Origin: Camelus ferus
Lineage: Eukaryota
DNA length: 64,000 bases
Direction: 5' to 3'
Assembly: GCF_009834535.1 (NCBI RefSeq)
Contig: NC_045711.1
Coordinates: forward strand, 25,978,001-26,042,000
Position numbers and translations under genes: made by a program. Positions 48,506 through 61,275 of the stretch are shown piece by piece. Position 1 is the stretch's first letter. Each line of letters opens with the position of its first letter. The notes below the pieces were generated by a model that worked only from the letters and a program-made list of their open reading frames with translations, did not search any database and was not told the DNA's origin.

Positions 48506-50905
48506 CAAACACCATCAAATTCCACCCTCGCTGACACCCTGCATGGAGGGGATGGAGAGGAGACTTTTACAAGTACCGGTTATGTGCCCAGTAGGCACAA
48601 CTCTGCCGGCTGATCCCTGGGCTTCAGAGAGCTGGTTCACATCCAGATGCCCAGAGTCTGGAGACAGACTGGAGATCTAGACGTCAAGCAAAGCAGCTTG
48701 AATCTGACCCTAGGGAGACCCTGATCACATGGATCTATCTTGGGGAAGCCCTGCCCTACGTGTCCAGATTAAGAGAGATGAATGTCTAGTGCAGTCACAT
48801 GGGCCAGAGTGACCTCAGAAACCCTGATCATCAGAAAAGCAGAGCCTTGATTGAGTTTTTTATTATAAATGACATCATGCAGCTGAGACACTCGCTCTGT
48901 CCTCCAACATACTTGGACAGCAACTCACATTTTCAGACAGAACAAAATGAATACAACCTTTTGGGTAGATAGGAAGTAGGTTTTCTTAAGCGTCATGCCT
49001 AGAGCAGACAAGATTCCTGGTCTGTGAAATCTCCTATATTTGGACATCATTATCACTCCCATCTTTGAGCTGAGACGATGCAAAGTCAGCAAGGTTAATG
49101 AATTTGTTCAAAGTTGCACATGTGTGATCCAAGAAGGACTGAAATCCCTCTAGCCCATGTCCTTTGCATTATGTCTTTTTGCCTCTGAAATACCACTGTA
49201 TGGACTCACTGTAAACACTTTGACCCATCGGTCCAGACTGGTTAAATCTAGCCCCGGCAGAAGTGCGCGGGGCGGACGATGGGAGACCACGATAGCACGC
49301 GTTCATTCTTCCATCCACCAAATATTGCTACTGAGCACCACGTGGGCATTGGTGCAAAGATGACATTCGCAGGCCCTGCCTGCCCTCCCCCACGCCCCTC
49401 GCTGTCTGTGCCTGGTGTGAACTAAGAACTCCCACGTGGCACCAAGGACTTGCCCAAACGCTGTGCTTAAGAGACTTGACCAGACTTCAGCCTGGTTTCC
49501 ACCTGTGCAAACTGAGCAGGTGACCCCGACCCCTGTGTTGAGTTTCTGCTCAAGAAAATGGAATATGGCCAAAATTTATGTTCAAAATGGCCCCTTTCAC
49601 TTCCCCGGAGCCTGCTTTCTTTCTCCCTTTAAAACTCTTCGTCATCTTTGTCTTAGCTGAAGTTGAACTCAGTGTCTACTGGAGAAGTTGTCTGAACAAA
49701 GGCTATCTTGCGCCTTTAACAAGAGTCTCTTGCTGTATTCCCTTGACACTGGCTTCCTTTGAAATACGGAGATGAGGTCAGAGAAGGTTCTGGAATGTGG
49801 ATGTGGGTCTTGGACCTCATCCTGTGTCCAGTTAGGGAATAATTTTGCTTGTGAAGCCATGCAGAACCAGTTAACATTCTCTTGCCTGAGAATTCTGAAT
49901 ACTAACAAGAGCCAGCTGGTGCTTCTCTGCTCCGTGTTAAACGCCCTGGTTTCCAACAATTCTTCGAATGACTTGGTTCTGAGTCCCTTCCCCTCCTGGT
50001 GTCCTGTCTGGAGGCACTAAGGTTGGTGAAAACCTTCTCTGTCCTCTTAAAATGCTCTTCCAGAATGGTCCTCCTGTGTGTGATAGCTGTCAAAGTTTGA
50101 GAAGTTTGACCTTTATAAGGAAGGCCGTCAGAAAACACACATACTGATGCAAATATAAAAGCAGATTGCCAAAAAGGGCTTAAAGGGTCAACCAACCTGT
50201 AACTGCTTTGGGGTGTGACTTCCCAGTGCCCCTTCCTACAACCTGCTCATGGACCCAGCTATCTGAGTGAGTCAATCCTTGCTGTTAGCCAAGAGGCCAG
50301 AAGAAGCCACAAGAAGCCTTTTCTGGGACCTCCCATACCCAGGCTGCGGGATAGACGCCCTCTTTCCTCTTGGGTCTCCGTGAAAATGAGGCCATCCTCA
50401 AGCTGCCCGTGGCCACAGTCCCCAGCAAGGAAGTACAGCTCATTTGCAGTAAAGGAAAAGAAGCCAGTAGACAGACGAGATCCTGGATTGAGATGGAGAA
50501 GGGTCTTGATTCTAAATAGTAACATCTGCTTTTAACTCAGGCAACATCTGACAGTCTGAGTCCCAGTGATCTGGGGTAGAGGGGGTGGAGAGGGCGTATT
50601 AACAAAGTGGACCATGGAACTCTTCTTTAGAGAAAGCAAACATGGTCACCTGGAATTCCACGCAGGGAAGGAGGCACATGGCAACTTCCTGCTATTGCGA
50701 ATAGCTGCTGCTGTCCCCGGGTGGGTTGCATTTTCCTTTGTTGAGATGGATCAGGATAGCAGGAAACTGCTTGTCAAAGGTGGGGAGAGACCCGGGGTTG
50801 GTTTAAAAAAATCTCAGTGTGGTAGAGACAGGAGCCTACTCTCAAAAGGAAGCTAAGAGGTTTGCAGGAGTTAAGACGCCTCCTGCATAATCGTGGGTTA
50901 CATCC

Positions 50906-51238
50906 GTGTTCCTCAACCCCGCCTGTACATGAGTCACCTGGGAAACTTTAAAAGGGAAAAAAGAAAGCCTCTTCCCCCACCAGGCAGATTTAATTGGTTT
51001 GGGGTAAGGTCCAGGCATTGAATAGTTTAAAAGCTCCCCAGCTAATTCTCATATATAGTCAAGATCAAGATGAAGCCAGCCATTCTCAGCAAATATCAAA
51101 CTTACCTGGAGGGCTTGTTAAAACACACTGCTGGGCTTCGCTTGAGTGTCTGAGTCACCAGGTCTGGGGAGGAGCCCAAGAATTTGCATCTCAAACAAGT
51201 TCCTGGGTGATGCTGCTGCTGTTTTGAGAACCAATGGC
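50906..51238. mobile_element. Two adjacent MER5-type MITEs
   Basis: 'gagtcacctgggaaacttt...aaaagctccccagctaattct' followed by 'cttacctggagggcttgttaaaacaca...gaatttgcatctcaaacaagttcctgggtgatgctg...tttgagaacca'. Confidence 0.8.
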
Positions 51239-51272
51239 CTCAACGATGATTGATAAGTTAACAGTCTGGAGC

Positions 51273-51400
51273 GGGGAGGGTATTGCTCAGTGGTAGAGCA
51301 CATGCTCAGTATGCACGAGGTCCTAGATTCAATCCCCAGTACCGCTATTTAAAAAAATTTTTTTTAAATAAATGAATAAACCTAATTATCTCCCAAAAAA
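51273..51400 (+). mobile_element. Camelid tRNA-Ala-derived SINE (vic-1-like)
   Basis: 'ggggagggtattgctcagtggtagagcacatgctcagtatgcacgaggtcctagattcaatccccagtacc' plus tail 'aataaacctaattatctccc(a)n'. Confidence 0.9.
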
Positions 51401-52685
51401 GTCAGTTAAGAAAGTAGACAGGTATCTTTATGTCTTTAAACATTGCTTTCATTGAGTATGACTCTTGGCATGCAGTAATTCATAATTCTAGGTGATCTTT
51501 TTTCATAGCTATTTTAACAAATTATTATGGTTTCAACCTTTTTAAGGAAAGATAACCAGATGGTCCAGAGGACCAATTTCTTTGCTAGCCCTGCCTGTGG
51601 GAAGTGTGGCTCCTTGACCCATCAGGCTGGACTCTCAGAAGTCTTTCCTCCCACAGGAGTTAGCTTTCTAAACTGCAGACAAAATACCAAACAGGAAACA
51701 TTTCTGAGTGTTGAGCTTTTAAATCAATCCCTAGTGTTGAAAATACGATCATTCCTGAAATCAAAAGTAGTGAGCACTGGCCATTTTTCTTAGCTGTCCA
51801 GAGCGTCTGCACTTGCTTCCTAAGTGACAAGAATTCCCCATGGTGAGTCCTGGCGGGTGGCAACTGATCAACATTCCCTTTCTCCACCTTGGAAGTAGGG
51901 TGAGCACATACGGTGGGGGTCAAGCAATTCAGCACTCTCAGAGGGAACTGGAGTCCCGAGGGAGTGATGGCTGCAGACTCATGGGGAAAGGTGGGTAGTC
52001 ATGGCAGCAGCAATGCACAAGAGTCCTGGGGCGGGGGGTAAGTGGTGGCCACGCAGCCTGTGCCCTGACCCTTTGGTTCTGCCTGCCTTGCTTTGGTCCC
52101 TCTTCATTTGCCCAGCCTGGTTCCCCGTCCTTCCCATCAACTCTGTGAGTCTACCTGCTTTCTGCAGAAGTTGTTAGCCATGGTTTCCTTCTGCGGCTTG
52201 CTACTGAGAACCCATTTGCAGCACTGAAAAGGGTCCTGGTCTGTGAATATCATGATAGTGGCATCAGAATTTTCAGGTGACCATGGCAGGGGGAGCACAG
52301 AGCTGACGGGTGAAAAACCACCCCGAGGATACTTGTGGTTTGTTGTGACAGAGGAAAGCCTACAGGTGGGGAAGCTTAATAGACTGATGGAGGTAGCTTG
52401 GCCAAAAAGCAAGGGACCAGCGTTGGCTACACAGGGACGACGTAGCAGGTAGACAGAAGGTGGTACCTAAGAAACTCATGGGCGGCTGAGCCTTTCCCAA
52501 AGTGACAGCTGTGCCAGACGGAACATTCTATTGTTGGGGGTCGTGGTGGTGACAATTTAATTAAATCATTCCTGCTTTCTCTCTTGCTTGCAAGGCTGGC
52601 AGGAGGATTAGCCTCTCTTCCTGTCTGTAATGTTGGTTAAATATCGATAGGGCCTCACCGGAAAGCCATGAGCGAAATACTGTCA

Positions 52686-52862
52686 CCATATTTCATACAG
52701 TCTAAGACACTAGCCATTGTAAGGTGCACCATTATTTTATGTGCCAAGAAAGAAAACAAACGCTGCCAAATAAATGGTGACAGTGATTGTAAAATGCACC
52801 CAATTCTGGAAATATTAAAGTATGAAAAAAAAAAACCTGTGTCTTAGAATCAATAAAATATG
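52686..52862. mobile_element. TcMar-Tc2 (Kanga1/MER104-type) MITE
   Basis: TIRs 'ccatatttcatacagtctaagacac' and 'gtgtcttagaatcaataaaatatgg', with TA at 52863-64. Confidence 0.75.
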
Positions 52863-53329
52863 GTAATAATAATAAAATACGAATCTTGGCTTTTATAGAT
52901 GAAGCCCTGTGCCACACTCTTTGCCTCTGTTTTCTCGTGGAATCCCTCAGGAGCACTATGTGGCAGGTGCTATTATGATCCAGCAAAAGTGTGGCTTAAC
53001 TGGAGTAAATCGGTCTCCCAGCTGGTAAATGATGGGTTTTGAAGCTTGGGCTCTCCAGCTTCTTTGGGGTGAGCCGATGGAGGAGTCACAGCCAAGAAAG
53101 GAAGAACTTTGTCTCATCGTGTATTGCTGGAAACACAGATGCTCAGTAAATAATTGAACAGAATGGCTGGTCCAAACAGGTAAAAGACATCCCATTGATT
53201 TTTGATGGTGGAACAAACTCTGTTCACCTCTGCTGTTCACGCTTTCTGAAAATCTAAGTACAAGGTAAAATGCGAACACACTCTCCTTTCGAAAAATTAA
53301 AGTACTGGGAGTTAGGACCACAGAAGCTT

Positions 53330-54010
53330 TGACCACTTTCCTTAGTCACAGTCCTCACCCCATGCCTCTACCCAGAGGTCAACGATACAGCCATTTTGCT
53401 GCAGATCCTTCTGGATGTTTCTATGCATTTATGTACTTACGTGGAAATGTGTGTATTTCCACACATCCGGTAAGTATACGGTATCATACCATGGGGTTGT
53501 CCCATTCACTTTTTTAAAAATTACCTTTATTGAAATGTAATTTACATTAAAAAGAAAACACACACTCAGTTTGCTTAGCTTTGGCAAATACATACCTCTA
53601 TGCAACCACAACTCCAAAAAACCAAAGGGCGATACAAAGTGTCCTCATGACCATTTATAGTCAATCATCACTCCCACTGCCAGCTCCAGGCAACCTCTCA
53701 CCTGCTTCCTGGCACCGCAAGCAGATAGTTTTGCCTTTTCTAGAATTTCAAATAAATGAAATCATACAGCACGTACTCCTTGGTGGCTGGGGTCTTGGAC
53801 CCAGCATAACGTTTTTTTGAGGTTCAGATAACTGTTGCACATGTCAGCCACATGTCCTGAGTAACGTTGAGCAGATTTCCTTCGTGTGGATATGCCACAA
53901 TTTACTTATCTGTTCTGTCGGTGGCCAATGGGGTCAGTTCTAGTTCAGGACTTTAATGAACAAAAGCTATTATAAATATTCCTACCTAAACCTCAGAACC
54001 CGCTTTTCTA
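53330..54010 (-). mobile_element. Old L1M (MB/ME-type) 3' UTR fragments
   Basis: 'tttattgaaatgtaatttaca', 'gatagttttgccttttctagaatttcaaataaatgaaatcatacag', 'gtgtggatatgccacaatttactt'. Confidence 0.8.
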
Positions 54011-54189
54011 GTGAACCTGCCGTGACCACTGTGTGCGATGGTGAGCTCGCCCGCCTCGGAACAGCTCTAGACTTTGCTGTCTGTACCAGGCAGATTACAC
54101 CTTGTAGTATTAGCTTTTTACATGCACTCACTTAAATTTATGTGATTGAATTCGAGGGGGTGATGTATGTGTGCACACCTCTGTCTAGT

Positions 54190-54335
54190 GCTTTCCACAC
54201 AGCATCCTAATTGTTGGTTGGCTCGTGGGTCTCCCGCGTTAAGCTGTGAGCTCCTTTGCATACACAGATGTCTGTATCCTTTATGTCCACTGCCCGACAC
54301 CTAGTAGGTGCTCATTTAAATGCACGGCTGTTGAA
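54190..54335 (+). mobile_element. L2 LINE 3' tail
   Basis: 'aagctgtgagctcc...gtctgtatcctt...gcccgacacctagtaggtgctcatttaaatg'. Confidence 0.75.
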
Positions 54336-54959
54336 CCATATGATATCACTTAAACGTGGAATCGAAAAAAAAAAAGAGGACACAAATTGAATGCAAACCG
54401 TTGACACTGTACAGCACTAAGCACTCCAGGAGCGTGGTGATGACAAGTTTTGATGGTGCTGGAATCTCCCCAGTGCGGACTGCATTGTCTTCTTCCATGA
54501 GCTTGTCTCAAGGCGCAGCCGGGTTCCCACGTACGGGGATGGGGTGGGGGGTGCAGGGGCCATGCCTGCGCCTGCCGGTTCACGTTAAGGAGACTGCTTG
54601 CCTCCACTGTGTGCTGGCGTATCTCTTGGAACATGCAGCCGGAGCTCTAAGCCGGAATCAGAACAGAAGGATCCTGCCCTGCTCTGCACGCTTAGCAGTT
54701 GGGTGACCCGGGCAGGTCCTCCATCGTGGTCCCCCATCCTGGCCCCTCATCTTCTCAGAGCTGCTTTCTCATTTGAAACATGACAGCTGGACAGCTGGAT
54801 GCTGAGGTGCCCTGGACAACCTCCCATCTCAACACGAGGCTGTGTCGCCGGTGGGGACCAGGGAGGGCTGGGGTGTCACATAGATGTTCATAAACGCCGC
54901 CTCTTCCACAAGAAGCCTGGGGAGGGGAAAGGGGGAGGGCGGTGGGGGGGATCCATCAA

Positions 54960-55260
54960 CAGCAGAAGCAGGGCGGCGACAGGGAGGAAGCTCGGAGCAG
55001 AACCAATCTCCCTCTAAAATTCCAGGCCGGCGGCGTGTGCCTTGGATAAAGTTCAGGTAATTGTGCCTTGGGCTCGCCTCCCCCGGCTCCCCGCCTCCAC
55101 CCCGCTCGGCGCTGACAGAGTTATAATAATTGGGTGCTGCTGCTTAAACTCATGAGCACCAGCTTCCTGAAAGGAATGTCGCAATTAGCCGTCCTCACCC
55201 TGTAATAAAGTCTTTAATATCCACTTTCATGGTTCATATTACAGTCATTCAGGCCTGTCC
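54960..55260. promoter_or_regulatory. Candidate conserved enhancer
   Basis: CpG-retaining unique block with TAATTG at 55058 and 55127, CAATTA at 55182, and TGACAG at 55113. Confidence 0.5.
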
Positions 55261-55943
55261 CCTCGCTCACAGGCTGGCAGGCAGCGGGGCTGGGTGCCCA
55301 GAGGGAGCTGCCCTGCTGAGTGGCTCGGCAAACAACCGCTCCAAAGGGCCAGCAGTTGGGGCCGGGCAGCTGGGGAAAGGTGCCGGGAAGGGAGAAGGGA
55401 GATCTGTGCCCTGCCCGGCCCCGGAGAGCCAAGGATGGGGGTGGGAGGGCCAAGGAGGGGTCAGCCTCCCGCCGGTCATCCCAGCATCCCGGCGGTGAAC
55501 TTCTCCCTCTCCATGCCCCACCTTTCATGCCACTGCTGGGAATTTTCAAAGAGAAGCAAGCAGGCAGAGGTGGTATTGGGGTACTGGGGTGGAGTGGAAG
55601 ATTCTGGATGCAGGCTCTGTACCTGTGCATACCTGTCGGGGCAGGCCACAGATCTCAAGGCAGGGAGGCAGTCTGTCTCTGAAGGGTGGCAGTGGGGGCA
55701 GGTGTGCACCGGGGTGGGGAACAGCTTCAGCTCGGGCCTCTGACTGCTCTCACCTGAGCGGCGGCCATCCTGGGAGACACCTGGCCTGCTCTGGAAAGAC
55801 CATCCCCCCTACAGGGTGACAGGGTCCTCCTTAGTCTCTTGCTTGTTCAGTCATTAATGTTTATGAGCACTAATATGAGCCAAGCACAGAGATAAACAGA
55901 ATATAGACTGTGCCTTCAAGGAACCAGACAAAAAGTGAAAAAT

Positions 55944-56087
55944 NNNNNNNNNNNNNNNNNNNNNNNNNNNNNNNNNNNNNNNNNNNNNNNNNNNNNNNNN
56001 NNNNNNNNNNNNNNNNNNNNNNNNNNNNNNNNNNNNNNNNNNNNNNNNNNNNNNNNNNNNNNNNNNNNNNNNNNNNNNNNNNNNNNN
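55944..56087. other. Assembly gap (N-run)
   Basis: 144 N, between an L2 tail and an L1 3' end. Confidence 0.99.
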
Positions 56088-56500
56088 GTGAAGTAAATCA
56101 GGCAGAGAAAGATAAATATCATATGATATCACTTATATGTGGAATTTTTTTTAAAATGGTACAAATAAACTTATTTATGAACCAGAAGTAGACTCATACA
56201 CATAGAAAAAACTCTGGTTACCATAGGGGAAAGAGTGGGGAGGGATAAATTAGGAATTTGGGATTAATATATATACACTACTATATATAAAATAGATAAA
56301 CAATAAGGGTCTACTGTAGAGTGCAGGGAAATATATCCAATATCCTGTAATAACCTATAATGGAAAAGAATCTGGAAAAGAACATATATGTATAGCTGAA
56401 TCCCTTTGCTGTGCAGTTGAAACTAACACAACATTGTAAATCAACTATGCTTCAAAAAAGAATTAAAAACAAAACAGAATAGCAACAACAAAAAACGAAT
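56088..56500 (+). mobile_element. Laurasiatherian/cetartiodactyl L1 3' end with A-rich tail
   Basis: 'gtgaagtaaatcaggcagagaaagataaatatcatatgatatcacttatatgtggaa...gaaactaacacaacattgtaaatcaactat' plus an A-rich tail. Confidence 0.9.
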
Positions 56501-56621
56501 TAATAAACACATATTTTCAGAAAAAAAATAATCGCAATGTATATGGTGGGCAATACGAGAGGCAGGCACAGGAAGCCTGGAGGAGGGAAAGGGGCGTCCG
56601 AGGGCTTCCTGGAGGGGACAG

Positions 56622-57109
56622 TGTTTTTATGAAGTGGCCACAACATTTCTGCTCTATATGCTCCCTCGGAGACTTGCCACTCTCTCCTTAAGAAGTGGAG
56701 CCTACGCCCTCCTCCCCTTCAACCTGGGCAGGACCCTGTGACAACCTGGATGGATAGAATGTGGCGGAAGTGGTGCTGCATGACTTCCAAGGTTAGGTTA
56801 AAAAAGGCCAATGAAGCTTCTGGCACTTTCTCTCTTGGGATGCTGGTTCGGGGGCTGCCAAGTTGGGAGGAAGCCCAGGCCACGTGGAGAGGCTGTCAGC
56901 CAGCATCAACTCCCAGACACGTGAGTCAGAGAGCCCTCAAGGTGACCCCAGCTCCAACTTCCCCCGACTGCAGCCTTAGACCACGAACAAGAACTCAGCT
57001 GAGTCCAGCCAGACCCGGAACTGTGAGATACGGTAATAAAATGATTGCTGTTGTTTTAAGTCACTGCATTTGGGGTGATTCATTACACAGCAACGGATAA
57101 CTAAAATAC
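56622..57109 (+). mobile_element. MLT1F/G/H-type MaLR solo LTR
   Basis: 'ggatagaatgtggcggaagtggtgctgcatgacttccaagg', ending 'ttttaagtcactgcatttggggtgattcattacacagcaacggataactaaaataca'. Confidence 0.9.
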
Positions 57110-57149
57110 AGATCTTTAAGGTACAACAGAGGCTGACCAGGTGGTGGAT

Positions 57150-57910
57150 GAATGGTGTTCCAGGTGAAAGGCATAACACATACACCACACAGAAGCATAA
57201 GCTAGATCCTTGTAATCAGAGCCCCACAGGAGCTGGTACAGCCACGGGGGGCTGGGAGTGAGGGGGCTAGGGGAAGGGAAAAGCTCACAGCATTGGACAG
57301 TAGGGGTGAGGCTTCATCCTGTACATCACAGCGGGTTACTAAGGTTTTCAAGCAGGAGAAAGACATGATCGTCTTTGGAATTCGGGAAGAGGACCAGTGG
57401 ACAATGTGATGGGAGGAGGTAAGACTTAGTCAGTTACCATCCACCCAAGTGCCATCTCTGGACCAGACCCACAGAGAGGATGAATAGGAGAGATGAAGGA
57501 CGTGGGGGATTTTGGAAAGCTTTCTGAATTGTGGGAACAGGAAGATGCCAGTCCCTGAAACAGAGACTAGAAGGAGAAGAAAGTTTAGGGAGGAAGAGAA
57601 AGAGTTCAATTCTGGGCACAGTGATTTTTAAATAGATAAAGATATCCTTGGGCACCTGGATTTACAAATTCTGGAGCTCAGAAGAAAGGGCTGGGTTTTA
57701 AGTACAGAAATGAGTACCATCAAGCCACAGGAGGGCCGGAGTGAGAAGAGAGAAGGGCCAGGGGCAGAATCCTGGAGAGAGCCAGTGTTTAAGGTGTAGA
57801 GAGGAGGGGGGGCAAGAGGAAGAGATGAGGGGAAACAGTGTGGCCAGACATCAAGGATGGAGAGCGTGCAGGAGGGCGTGGCCAGGGACGCCACCCTGTG
57901 CATATGGCAG
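57150..57910 (-). mobile_element. Long L2 LINE fragment with a reverse-transcriptase remnant
   Basis: Antisense L2 hallmarks throughout. Minus-strand translation QDSAPGPSLFSL resembles the LINE RT motif QGSVLGPLLFSL. Confidence 0.8.
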
Positions 57911-58639
57911 CTTCTGGTTTCTATTGATGATGGGGAGGGGTGGGGAGGCAGGGACGGACAGGGCACCGATGGGAGGAGAGGGCAGGAGACAGGAATTCCT
58001 CCCCAGGAGGAACATCCATCTATTAAGGCGGCCGTTCCTACCTGTGGGGGAAAAGAGCTGGATGTGAGGACGAGGCACACCCCTTGTCTGAAGTGACTGG
58101 CGTGCAAAATGTTGGGAAGCGGGAACACTGGAGGCCAGCTGCCCCAGTGGCCCTGCACTGGCACCATTTTACAGGGGAGGGTACCGAGATCCAGAGAGAC
58201 AAAGTGACATTTGGTCTTTGGTCCAAAAGACCTAGGAAGACCAGAACCCTGGGTGCCAGCCTCCCGGGCCGGTGTTCTCACCCAGATTTGCCACAACATC
58301 CCAAGAACACCAGCAGAGCTGAAGTTTCTCCCCGCTAGGCGGTCTTGGCCTTGGGCTGATGGCTTTCGCTCCCCCACTTCTCCCCCGCCCATCCATCCTG
58401 GCTCCTCCAGCACTGGTCCATTTCCTCCCAGCCTTCTTAAGCCCTCAGGGACTCTCAGTCTGCACCCTTACCCTCCAGCCCACACCAGCTCACAGCAGTA
58501 GCCAGTGGTGGCTGGCGGTGGCCTCAGGAGGGCAGGAAAGGTAATGGAAGGAGGAGGATTGAGGTGGGCTTGGTTTAGCGAAAGCAGAAGGCAGGAGGGC
58601 AAGGGCATCTAGCATGTAAGGCTGCAGCGTGCTCCCAGG

Positions 58640-59030
58640 ACGCCCCCTCCGCCCGCCCCCCACCCTCCCTCCCCAGCGCCGCGCAACAAAACTGCATTAA
58701 GGAGAGCAGGGCAGGTGCTTAGCGTCTCTAATGTGTTCCATTACAAATGCTCCACGATAAGGTAATTATGTTAGAAAATAATAAACGTGTCAGTCTTTCT
58801 GGAAATATTTTTACTTGGAGCGAGGGGGAAACAGCACTATTGTTTTTCAAGTGCATCCCTGCTCCTGTACATATTAATTAACTGCGCTCCGGCTCCACCA
58901 CCTCTCGGCATTTGTATTATTCATAAATGTCTCGGGGCTGCAGTAACTTATGTACTCCCCTCCTCAGCTTGAAATCATTTTTTCATTTCCAAGTTCTTTT
59001 TTGACTAATTGCGCTCGTGGTTTGTGCCTC
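58640..59030. promoter_or_regulatory. Candidate conserved enhancer
   Basis: Unique block with GATAAG at 58756, TAATTA at 58763, TTAATTAA at 58874, TCATAAA at 58921, CTAATTG at 59005, and many CpGs. Confidence 0.55.
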
Positions 59031-59325
59031 CAGTACCAGGCACTAGTCCCTGGCCGCTGTTTCCCCACGGTCTTTTCCCTTCCTTCCCACCCTGCTTCTT
59101 CTAGGATCTCTGACTTAACAGAATCCTTGCCGGGTCCAAGAAGGAGGCAGATTTGGGCTTTGAGTTGGGGAGGAGTGTCTTTAAGAAATTCTGGGAAATC
59201 GCAATAGTCTCTTACCTTCCTCCTCTTCCTCCTCATCTCCCTCCTGCTCCTGCCAAGTCACCCATTTCAGGGAAATGTCCCAGAATCCTTCTACCCTGCT
59301 CATTAAAGCTCTGCCTTCCCCTTGC

Positions 59326-59750
59326 ATTTAAATTAATAGACTTTACTATCTTAAGCAGTTTTAGGTTTACAGAAAAATTGAGTGGGAAGTACAGAGATTT
59401 ACCGCTCCACAACCATCCTGCTATTAACACCTTGCCTTAGTGTAGCGCATTTGTTACAACGGATGAGCCAACGCTGATACAGAATTACTAAATACAGTCC
59501 ATAGTTTTTCACCAGTGTTCACTCTTTCTGTTGTACATTCTACAGGCTTTGACACAAGTGTGATGTCCTGGATCCACCATTCCAGGGACATCAGAATAGT
59601 TTTCCTGCCCTACAAGTCCCTTGTGATCCGCCCTCCGTTCACCTCTTCCCCCTGACCCTGAACTCCCGGCCACCACTGATCTTTGTTGCCAGTCTCATAG
59701 TTTTGCCTTCTCCAGAACGTCCCATGGTAGACGTCATACAATCTCTAGCC
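59326..59750 (-). mobile_element. L1MC-type 3' end
   Basis: 'aagcagttttaggtttacagaaaaattgagtgggaagtacagag...catttgttacaacggatgagccaacgctgataca'. Confidence 0.9.
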
Positions 59751-60812
59751 ATCTAAGATCCCTTTGCACTTTTTGATTTGAGCCTTAGTCTTTGAGTCAG
59801 TGGTGTGTAGAGTCTGCCCAGGCTTTGGACTCCGAAGGAACAGGGACCATGTCATCTTGATGGAGCTCCCTGGCTCTCCCTGGAAATATGCAAGCACACG
59901 CCGGGATGCTGCAGGCAGGAGTGTTTGGGAGGGGACCCCACCCTGCACAGGATGGTCAGGCCAGGTGGCTTTTAAGAGCCGAGGTTCTGAAGCTAATCCA
60001 GGTGTCTGGAAACAGCTGTGCCCTAAGTGCTCATCAGGTTCATGTGGAGCAGGAAATCTAGGGTCCAGGAGAGTGGTGACAGCTCAGGATGACATCCAAA
60101 TATCCTTCTGATCTGGATCAGTCTGAGAGGATAAGCCATGCTAAACCTCAGAGAGGAATTGGTTGTGACATAGCTAATTTGCAGGGGAGCAAGTTGGTGG
60201 GGTTGGTGATTAGAGCTGAGCCGCCTTGTCTGTGATCTAATCGGGGCGCGTGGTTCTCTGGTTCTGTATGAATTTCACCACTGCTGCCCCGTCCTCTCTC
60301 TCTGTCTCCCTGACCATTGCCTATTGACAGTATCTCTGGAAGCAGGGAGAAAAGTGCTCTAGGAGCAGCAGCCATCCCTCCACATTTTATCTTTAGCCAG
60401 AGATGTGGGCTCTAGAGAATCAAATGGTTAAGAAGAAGCGTGTGTATCTACCTGGTTCCATGCTTTTCCCAAGATGGTAACAAAGCCTTCAGAATTTAAG
60501 CATCTCTGGAGACCAGGTATGATGCTGTTCTTGGTCGTCCATTTCAGGTGCTTCTTGTCGGGGGCTCTTCCTGATTGAAATCTGCATCCACTGTGCAAAA
60601 ACTGAACTGTATGATTCGTTGCTTGGCTCCCTTTGCAGTCAAAACAATGGCTGAGTCAGAGCCGACGAGACCCAGGGCAGGGGGATGGGGGGTGGACTGC
60701 AAATCTGGGAATCCAACTGAATGAATACATTAAGATACTCAGATTCCGCCCATGTAGAGAAATCAGCTGAGACAAGTCTATTTGCAGCAGGACCTGAGAG
60801 TCTGAGTCCAGG

Positions 60813-61275
60813 TGTCATAGGGAAGAACAAATCTGACTCCATATTGAATCTGTTTCTTTTACTTTAACCTCTGTATTCTATGGCTTTTGCTACAAGTTAA
60901 TCACTAAAGGGATGTTGCCTGTAAGCTTAAATTATACATAATGGCCCATCTCTGGGCACCCTGCCTCCCAGGTAAAGAGCGTTCAGCTAAAATACTTTTG
61001 TTTAGCTCATAGGAAACATCCTGACCAGGCCCCTCCTGTGAATGACAGAAGGAAGGAAGAAATTAGCACATCCCCTCCAGAGGCTGACGGGAACCAGGAA
61101 ATGTTTGTCTTGACTCCCTCCCCTTTTAGTATAAAAGAAGCTTGAATTCTAACTCAGGCAAGATGGTAACCGTCCTCTGCCATCTTCTCAGTCTGCCGGC
61201 TTTCCGAATGATGTCACCATTCCTTGCCCCAAAAACTCATCCCTCGATTTACTAGCCTGTCGCGTGGGCGCAGTC
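60813..61275 (+). mobile_element. ERV1-class solo LTR, relatively young, 3' end not resolved
   Basis: Starts 'tgtcatagggaagaacaaatctgactccatattgaatctg'. TATAAAA at 61130-36. R/U5-like 'ccatcttctcagtctgccggctttccgaa'. Confidence 0.75.

Noticed and set aside
57628-58413. 261-aa minus-strand ORF as a gene
   Set aside because: It runs across an L2 fossil and unrelated flanking DNA. Only a degenerate RT motif is visible.
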